Shown here piece by piece: positions 6,863 to 11,688 of a stretch of DNA of 11,688 nt. Each line of letters begins with the position of its first letter. Positions within the stretch are counted from its first letter, which is position 1. Made by a program: the position numbers and the translations under genes. Source of the DNA: a virus (lineage: Duplodnaviria; Heunggongvirae; Uroviricota; Caudoviricetes); IMG/VR virus record IMGVR_UViG_3300011888_000006. The stretch is one strand, 5' to 3'. The notes beneath the pieces are model-generated. The model was not told the origin of the DNA, searched no databases, and saw only the letters and a program-made list of their open reading frames with translations.

Positions 6863-7260
6863 CGGGCAAAGAGGCAATTATTCATTACCTGGGGACGCAT
6901 AAGAGCTTCTGTGCACAGGACGTTGCCGCGGTAACAGGTGCAACCGTAACCAGCATAAATCAGGCTGCGGCTAAAATGGCGCGGGCAGGAATCCTGGTCG
7001 TTGATGGTAAGGTCTGGCGAACGGTGTATTACCGGTTTGCTACCAAGGAAGAACGGGAAGGAAAGATGNNNNNNNNNNNNNNNNNNNNNNNNNNNNNNNN
7101 NNNNNNNNNNNNNNNNNNNNNNNNNTATTACCGGTTCGCTACCAGAGAAGAACGGGAAGGAAAGGTGAGCACGAATCTGATTTTTAAGGAGTGTCGCCAG
7201 AGTGCCGCGATGAAACGGGTATTGAGGGTATATAAAAGAACATCAATGGGTACACAATGA
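6859..7260 (+). CDS. ren: Ren, interrupted by a 45-N scaffold gap with duplicated flanks
   Basis: MTGKEAIIHYLGTHKSFCAQDVAAVTGATVTSINQAAAKMARAGILVVDGKVWRTVYYRFAT... matches lambda Ren from memory. ATGA overlap with the P stop. The apparent length of 133 aa is inflated by the gap and flank duplication. Confidence 0.75.
   Translation: MTGKEAIIHYLGTHKSFCAQDVAAVTGATVTSINQAAAKMARAGILVVDGKVWRTVYYRFATKEEREGKMXXXXXXXXXXXXXXXXXXXYYRFATREEREGKVSTNLIFKECRQSAAMKRVLRVYKRTSMGTQ
7069..7113. other. Assembly gap (45 N) flanked by an imperfect 42-bp duplication
   Basis: Left TATTACCGGTTTGCTACCAAGGAAGAACGGGAAGGAAAGATG versus right TATTACCGGTTCGCTACCAGAGAAGAACGGGAAGGAAAGGTG, 4 mismatches. Removing gap plus overlap (87 nt) keeps ren in frame. 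Confidence 0.9.
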
Positions 7261-7277
7261 TGAAACAGGTGAGTTGA

Positions 7278-7312
7278 GTTCAAACTGTAGTACAATTCTC
7301 TCCAGTTTGAAC
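7278..7312. repeat. 10-bp perfect inverted repeat (GTTCAAACTG-N15-CAGTTTGAAC) between ren and emrE
   Basis: Read directly from the sequence. Lies 16 nt upstream of the emrE ATG, at the left edge of the AT-rich insertion. Confidence 0.3.
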
Positions 7313-7327
7313 AGGAAAGAATATGTT

Positions 7328-7660
7328 ATGAACCCTTATATTTATCTTGGTGGTGCAATACTTGCAGAGGTCATTGGTACAACCTTAATGAAGTTTTCAG
7401 AAGGTTTTACACGGTTATGGCCATCTGTTGGTACAATTATTTGTTATTGTGCATCATTCTGGTTATTAGCTCAGACGCTGGCTTATATTCCTACAGGGAT
7501 TGCTTATGCTATCTGGTCAGGAGTCGGTATTGTCCTGATTAGCTTACTATCATGGGGGTTTTTCGGCCAACGGCTGGACCTGCCAGCCGTTATAGGCATG
7601 ATGTTGATTTGTGCCGGTGTGTTGGTTATTAATTTATTGTCACGAAGCACACCACATTAA
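7328..7660 (+). CDS. emrE: EmrE, small multidrug resistance (SMR) efflux transporter
   Basis: 110-aa translation MNPYIYLGGAILAEVIGTTLMKFSEGFTRLWPSVGTIICYCASFWLLAQTLAYIPTGIAYAIWSGVGIVLISLLSWGFFGQRLDL... matches E. coli EmrE from memory. The track's longer 7274 start is probably not used. Confidence 0.95.
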   Translation: MNPYIYLGGAILAEVIGTTLMKFSEGFTRLWPSVGTIICYCASFWLLAQTLAYIPTGIAYAIWSGVGIVLISLLSWGFFGQRLDLPAVIGMMLICAGVLVINLLSRSTPH

Positions 7661-7904
7661 AAATAATTTCTTTTAAAAGACTGCAATATGGCGGTTCATA
7701 TCTTTACATGGGCCGCTTTTGTTAATGTTTTTAGTTTTTGTGTATTCTTTTGTGCCTTCAAGATTATTGCGTAAGCAAATTGCAATACGATTATTGTTGT
7801 ATATTCAAGATAGTGTGATCGTAATTGTCTTTTTAAATAAAAATTAAACAAAAATTATATCTCACCACTAAGGTTTATAAAAGCATACGTTAGCAGGTGT
7901 CACC

Positions 7905-9431
7905 ATGAAAAAAGCCATAGCATATATGCGATTTTCATCACTAGGTCAGATGTCTGGCGACTCATTAAACCGACAGAGAAGACTTATTGCTGAATGGTTA
8001 AAGGTAAATAGTGATTATTATCTTGATACCATAACATATGAAGATTTAGGATTAAGTGCATTCAAAGGAAAGCATGCACAATCAGGAGCTTTTTCGGAAT
8101 TTTTAGATGCTATAGAGCATGGTTATATATTGCCAGGAACTACATTGTTAGTTGAAAGTCTGGACAGACTTTCAAGAGAAAAAGTCGGTGAAGCGATTGA
8201 ACGTCTGAAATTGATTTTGAATCACGGTATTGATGTTATAACTCTTTGCGACAATACAGTCTATAATATTGACTCTTTGAATGAGCCATATTCATTAATA
8301 AAAGCCATACTTATAGCACAAAGGGCAAATGAAGAAAGCGAGATAAAGTCAAGTCGGGTTAAATTATCATGGAAGAAAAAACGGCAGGATGCACTGGAAT
8401 CAGGTACGATTATGACGGCGTCTTGTCCGAGATGGCTCTCCTTAGATGACAAAAGAACGGCTTTTGTTCCAGACCCCGACAGGGTGAAAACTATTGAGCT
8501 AATTTTTAAACTCAGGATGGAAAGGCGCTCATTGAATGCAATAGCCAAGTATTTAAATGATCATGCTGTAAAGAATTTCTCAGGAAAAGAAAGTGCATGG
8601 GGGCCTTCTGTAATTGAAAAATTATTAGCGAATAAAGCTCTGATAGGTATATGCGTACCTTCATATCGTGCAAGAGGGAAAGGGATAAGTGAAATCGCTG
8701 GCTATTATCCCAGAGTCATATCAGATGATTTGTTTTACGCTGTACAGGAAATTCGGTTGGCACCTTTTGGTATTAGCAATAGTAGCAAGAATCCTATGCT
8801 AATAAATCTACTTCGAACAGTTATGAAGTGTGAGGCTTGTGGTAATACCATGATTGTTCATGCGGTATCTGGAAGTTTGCATGGCTATTATGTTTGTCCG
8901 ATGAGAAGATTACATCGATGTGACAGGCCATCAATAAAGAGAGATTTGGTTGATTATAATATCATTAATGAATTGCTTTTTAATTGTAGCAAAATTCAAC
9001 CAGTTGAAAACAAGAAAGATGCTAATGAAACGTTAGAGTTAAAAATTATTGAGCTTCAGATGAAAATTAATAATTTAATCGTTGCATTGTCTGTCGCGCC
9101 TGAAGTTACCGCTATAGCAGAGAAAATAAGACTATTAGATAAGGAATTACGAAGAGCTTTGGTATCATTGAAAACTTTGAAGAGTAAAGGTGTAAATTCA
9201 TTCAGTGATTTTTATGCTATTGACTTAACCAGTAAAAATGGACGAGAGTTATGCCGTACACTTGCCTATAAAATATTCGAAAAAATCATAATTAATACGG
9301 ATAATAAAACCTGTGATATCTATTTTATGAATGGCATTGTTTTTAAACACTATCCTTTAATGAAAGTAATATCCGCCCAGCAGGCGATAAGTGCTCTCAA
9401 ATATATGGTTGATGGTGAGGTTTATTTTTGA
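7905..9431 (+). CDS. ybcK: Large serine recombinase (YbcK-like)
   Basis: 508 aa. N-terminal resolvase-type motif AYMRFSSLGQ with the catalytic serine, then a recombinase domain and a Cys-rich zinc ribbon (CEACGNT...YYVCP...HRCD). Strongly AT-rich coding sequence compared with the flanking genes. Confidence 0.85.
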   Translation: MKKAIAYMRFSSLGQMSGDSLNRQRRLIAEWLKVNSDYYLDTITYEDLGLSAFKGKHAQSGAFSEFLDAIEHGYILPGTTLLVESLDRLSREKVGEAIERLKLILNHGIDVITLCDNTVYNIDSLNEPYSLIKAILIAQRANEESEIKSSRVKLSWKKKRQDALESGTIMTASCPRWLSLDDKRTAFVPDPDRVKTIELIFKLRMERRSLNAIAKYLNDHAVKNFSGKESAWGPSVIEKLLANKALIGICVPSYRARGKGISEIAGYYPRVISDDLFYAVQEIRLAPFGISNSSKNPMLINLLRTVMKCEACGNTMIVHAVSGSLHGYYVCPMRRLHRCDRPSIKRDLVDYNIINELLFNCSKIQPVENKKDANETLELKIIELQMKINNLIVALSVAPEVTAIAEKIRLLDKELRRALVSLKTLKSKGVNSFSDFYAIDLTSKNGRELCRTLAYKIFEKIIINTDNKTCDIYFMNGIVFKHYPLMKVISAQQAISALKYMVDGEVYF

Positions 9432-9784
9432 GTAATAATCACTTTTTCAACCGTGCTATGGTATGAAAGTAAAGTAACTACTATGATATTAACTATCGAG
9501 CAAGAATATCCCCAGGCACTCAACAGGGCGCAGGTCAACGTGAATCGGTCATGACACGACACCGATTTTGCGGAATCAATGTTGCTTATGAATACAACAT
9601 CCCGCTTAGTACATGTTCAACACATCAGCAAATTTTGAACTGGGTGTGGCACTTAACTGAAAAAACATGGATGACACAAAATGTTACTCGTCGCTTCATT
9701 GAAGTAGCTTGTGGATATCACAAGCTAGACTATCGCCAATGATATTCAATTTTTGATTTTTTAGTATCAACCTTCCATAATAAT

Positions 9785-9813
9785 GTCACCGGAGCTTGAA
9801 CAACTCCGGTGAC
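9785..9813 (+). terminator. Stable hairpin (10-bp perfect stem GTCACCGGAG/CTCCGGTGAC, 9-nt loop), possible terminator closing the insertion
   Basis: Read directly from the sequence. Followed by TTCTGCGCATTT, which is only moderately U-rich, so terminator function is uncertain. Confidence 0.25.
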
Positions 9814-9837
9814 TTCTGCGCATTTAAGGGGACTTAA

Positions 9838-9936
9838 ATGCGACCACAATCTGAACTCCTTACCTTGTCACAGATGCAGAAATGCACCTGCGATGTCTTG
9901 CATCCAGCGTTTGATCTCTGCGGAGGTGAAGCGTGA
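9838..9936 (+). CDS. ylcH: 32-aa micro-ORF ([32 protein letters not shown]), YlcH-like small protein
   Basis: Below the track cutoff. AGGGGA 7 nt upstream; its TGA overlaps the GTG start of ybcN (GTGA). Same position and size as DLP12 ylcH by recollection. Confidence 0.4.
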   Translation: MRPQSELLTLSQMQKCTCDVLHPAFDLCGGEA

Positions 9937-10388
9937 ACCTCCCACAAGATGGCATCAAATTACATCGCGGTAACTTCACCGCTGTCGGTCAGCAGATCCA
10001 GACTTATCTGGAAGACGGCAAATGCTTTCGCATGGTTCTTAAACCGTGGCGCGAGAGACGCAGTCTTTCCCAGAATGCACTCAGCCACATGTGGTACAGC
10101 GAAATCAGTGAATACCTCATCAGCAGGGGGAAATCGTTCGCTACTTCAGCATGGGTAAAAGATGCTCTCAAACACACATACCTCGGTTATGAAACCAAGG
10201 ACCTGGTTGATGTCGTAACCGGCGAAATCACTACTATCCAGTCGTTACGCCATACCTCCGATCTTGGTACCGGAGAGATGTATGTCTTCCTGTGTAAGGT
10301 TGAAGCCTGGGCGGTGAATATTGGCTGCCACCTGACTATTCCGCAGAGCTGCGAGTTCCAGCTGCTCCGTGACAAGCAGGAGGCGTAA
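9933..10388 (+). CDS. ybcN: YbcN, NinB-family DNA-binding (base-flipping) protein
   Basis: 151 aa with GTG start and GGAGG upstream. Segment [17 protein letters not shown] resembles the NinB family; matches DLP12 YbcN by recollection. Confidence 0.85.
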   Translation: MNLPQDGIKLHRGNFTAVGQQIQTYLEDGKCFRMVLKPWRERRSLSQNALSHMWYSEISEYLISRGKSFATSAWVKDALKHTYLGYETKDLVDVVTGEITTIQSLRHTSDLGTGEMYVFLCKVEAWAVNIGCHLTIPQSCEFQLLRDKQEA

Positions 10389-10558
10389 TGGCTACACCGC
10401 TTATTCGTGTCATGAACGGACACATCTACAGAGTATCAAATCGTCGTAAGCGTAAGCCTGAGCCGAAGCCATCCGAAATACCAACACTGCTCGGATATAC
10501 CGCTAGCCTGGTTGATAAAAAATGGTTGCGACTGGCAGCAAGGAGGAATCATGGCTGA
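10388..10558 (+). CDS. ninE: NinE-family small protein (56 aa)
   Basis: [56 protein letters not shown]. Its ATG overlaps the ybcN TAA (TAATG). Below the ORF-track size cutoff. Confidence 0.75.
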   Translation: MATPLIRVMNGHIYRVSNRRKRKPEPKPSEIPTLLGYTASLVDKKWLRLAARRNHG

Positions 10559-10841
10559 TTTGAGAAAAGCAGCGCGTGGTCGGGAATGCCAGGTAAGAAT
10601 CCCTGGCGTATGTAATGGCAATTCTGAAACGTCTGTACTGGCACATATCCGGCTGGCTGGATTGTGCGGTACCGGTATCAAACCGCCAGACCTGATTGCC
10701 ACCATTGCATGTTCTGCCTGCCACGACGAAATCGACCGCCGCACACATTTTGTCGATGCTGCATATGCAAAAGAATGCGCGCTGGAAGGTATGGCGAGAA
10801 CACAGGTTATTTGGCTGAAAGAGGGGGTTATTAAGGCGTGA
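10551..10841 (+). CDS. ybcO: YbcO-family protein (96 aa; putative nuclease, Cys-rich)
   Basis: Start [23 protein letters not shown] with AGGAGG 5 nt upstream. I use the internal ATG at 10551 rather than the track's 10512. Overlaps the ninE stop. Confidence 0.8.
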   Translation: MADLRKAARGRECQVRIPGVCNGNSETSVLAHIRLAGLCGTGIKPPDLIATIACSACHDEIDRRTHFVDAAYAKECALEGMARTQVIWLKEGVIKA

Positions 10842-11200
10842 ATACCTACAGCATCACATTACCCTGGCCTCCGAGCAATAATCGCTATTACCGCCATAAT
10901 CGCGGGCGCACGCACATCAGCGCAGAAGGGCAGGCATACCGCGATAACGTCACCCGAATCATTAAAAACGCAATGCTGGATATCGGCCTGGCTATGCCAG
11001 TGAAAATCCGTATTGAGTGCCACATGCCGGATCGCCGTCGCCGTGACCTGGATAATCTGCAAAAAGCCGCTTTTGACGCACTCACCAAAGCAGGTTTCTG
11101 GCTGGATGATGCTCAGGTCGTTGATTACCGCGTTGTGAAGATGCCTGTTACCAAAGGTGGGAGGCTGGAACTGACCATCACCGAAATGGGGAATGAATGA
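10838..11200 (+). CDS. rusA: RusA Holliday-junction resolvase
   Basis: 120-aa translation [38 protein letters not shown]... matches E. coli RusA from memory. GTG start overlapping the ybcO stop (GTGA). Confidence 0.95.
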   Translation: MNTYSITLPWPPSNNRYYRHNRGRTHISAEGQAYRDNVTRIIKNAMLDIGLAMPVKIRIECHMPDRRRRDLDNLQKAAFDALTKAGFWLDDAQVVDYRVVKMPVTKGGRLELTITEMGNE

Positions 11201-11337
11201 TGTTTGAGTTTTATATGGCAGAACTTCTTCGCCACCGCTGGGGGCATCTGCGCTTATATCGTTTCCCCGGTTCTGTTTTGACCGATTACCGAATACTGAA
11301 GAATTACGCCAAAACCCTGACAGGAGCAGGAGTATGA
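11197..11337 (+). CDS. ylcG: YlcG-like 46-aa protein
   Basis: [46 protein letters not shown]; start overlaps the rusA stop (ATGA). Below the ORF-track cutoff. Confidence 0.55.
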   Translation: MMFEFYMAELLRHRWGHLRLYRFPGSVLTDYRILKNYAKTLTGAGV

Positions 11338-11422
11338 AGTCAGAGATAACAATCAACTAATACTGTTTTGTTGATTTTTGCTTGTAATTGGCGTTCTGGT
11401 CTGATTTTTGTGGAGTAAGTTG

Positions 11423-11688
11423 ATGCGTGATATTCAGATGGTTTTAGAGCGTTGGGGCAGTTGGGCTGCGAACGACAGTTCCGGAGTCGATTACTCACAT
11501 ATAGCGGCTGGCTTTAAGGGGTTGTTACCACCAACAGGGAAGTCTCGTCCATCCTGTACTGACGACGACGGGCTGATTATTGAGAGCTGCCTGGCACGTT
11601 TGCAGAAGAAGAAGCCAAATGAGCATTCTCTGCTCGTGGCGCATTACCTGTATGGCATTTCCAAGCGCAGCATAGCGCGAGCCAGGAA
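11423..11688 (+). CDS. quuD: Late-gene antiterminator Q (phage 82 / QuuD type), 5' part only; continues past the window end
   Basis: MRDIQMVLERWGSWAANDSSGVDYSHIAAGFKGLLPP... matches 82-type Q / DLP12 QuuD N terminus by recollection. GGAG upstream. No stop within the window. Confidence 0.8.
   Translation, partial: MRDIQMVLERWGSWAANDSSGVDYSHIAAGFKGLLPPTGKSRPSCTDDDGLIIESCLARLQKKKPNEHSLLVAHYLYGISKRSIARAR

Noticed and set aside
7021-7160. Apparent tandem duplication inside ren (YYRFATKEEREGKM / YYRFATREEREGKV)
   Set aside because: The copies flank an N-run and overlap like unmerged contig ends; treated as an assembly artifact, not a biological repeat.
7274-7327. Long emrE start (128-aa ORF from 7274)
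   Set aside because: EmrE begins MNPYIYLGG at 7328; the extension runs through the upstream inverted repeat and is not part of the known protein.
9551-9742. 63-aa ORF MTRHRFCGINVAYEYNIPLST...
   Set aside because: No Shine-Dalgarno, start buried in a hairpin loop, unusual Cys/Trp-rich composition, no recognisable domain; more likely a chance frame in decayed sequence. Kept only as context for the spacer finding.
10187-11356. Minus-strand ORFs 10187..10423, 10436..10744, 10503..10748, 10859..11356 and 10888..11088
   Set aside because: They are antisense to ybcN, ninE, ybcO, rusA and ylcG, which are confidently identified; typical shadow ORFs.
1-11688. Chi sites (GCTGGTGG) and LexA boxes (CTGT-N8-ACAG)
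   Set aside because: Only near-misses were seen by eye (TCTGGTGG, ACTGGTGG); no exact match on either strand, so none is reported. A proper pattern scan is needed to be certain.

Overview
This window is the early region of a lambdoid prophage of an Escherichia-type host, read here as two divergent operons around an immunity switch. The leftward arm (minus strand) carries gam, bet and exo, then a phage Dam-like N6-adenine methyltransferase and a chain of translationally coupled small ORFs. The centre holds a CI-like repressor with a LexA-type autocleavage domain, flanked by operator and promoter DNA. The rightward arm carries a cro-like gene, a YdaT/CII-like gene, O (with internal ori iterons), P and ren, then an AT-rich emrE plus large serine recombinase (ybcK-like) insertion, then ylcH-like, ybcN, ninE, ybcO, rusA, ylcG and the 5' part of a Q antiterminator. 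All identifications are from reading the translations and from memory of the lambda and DLP12 families; no database search was run. Two N-runs are scaffold joins whose flanks overlap, not biological sequence. The most unusual signals are the absence of any N gene together with a structured inverted repeat at the start of the leftward transcript, and the ATGA-coupled methyltransferase/27-codon membrane peptide/unknown-gene trio. I did not find a clearly novel multi-gene system; most of the window is a recognisable prophage backbone.
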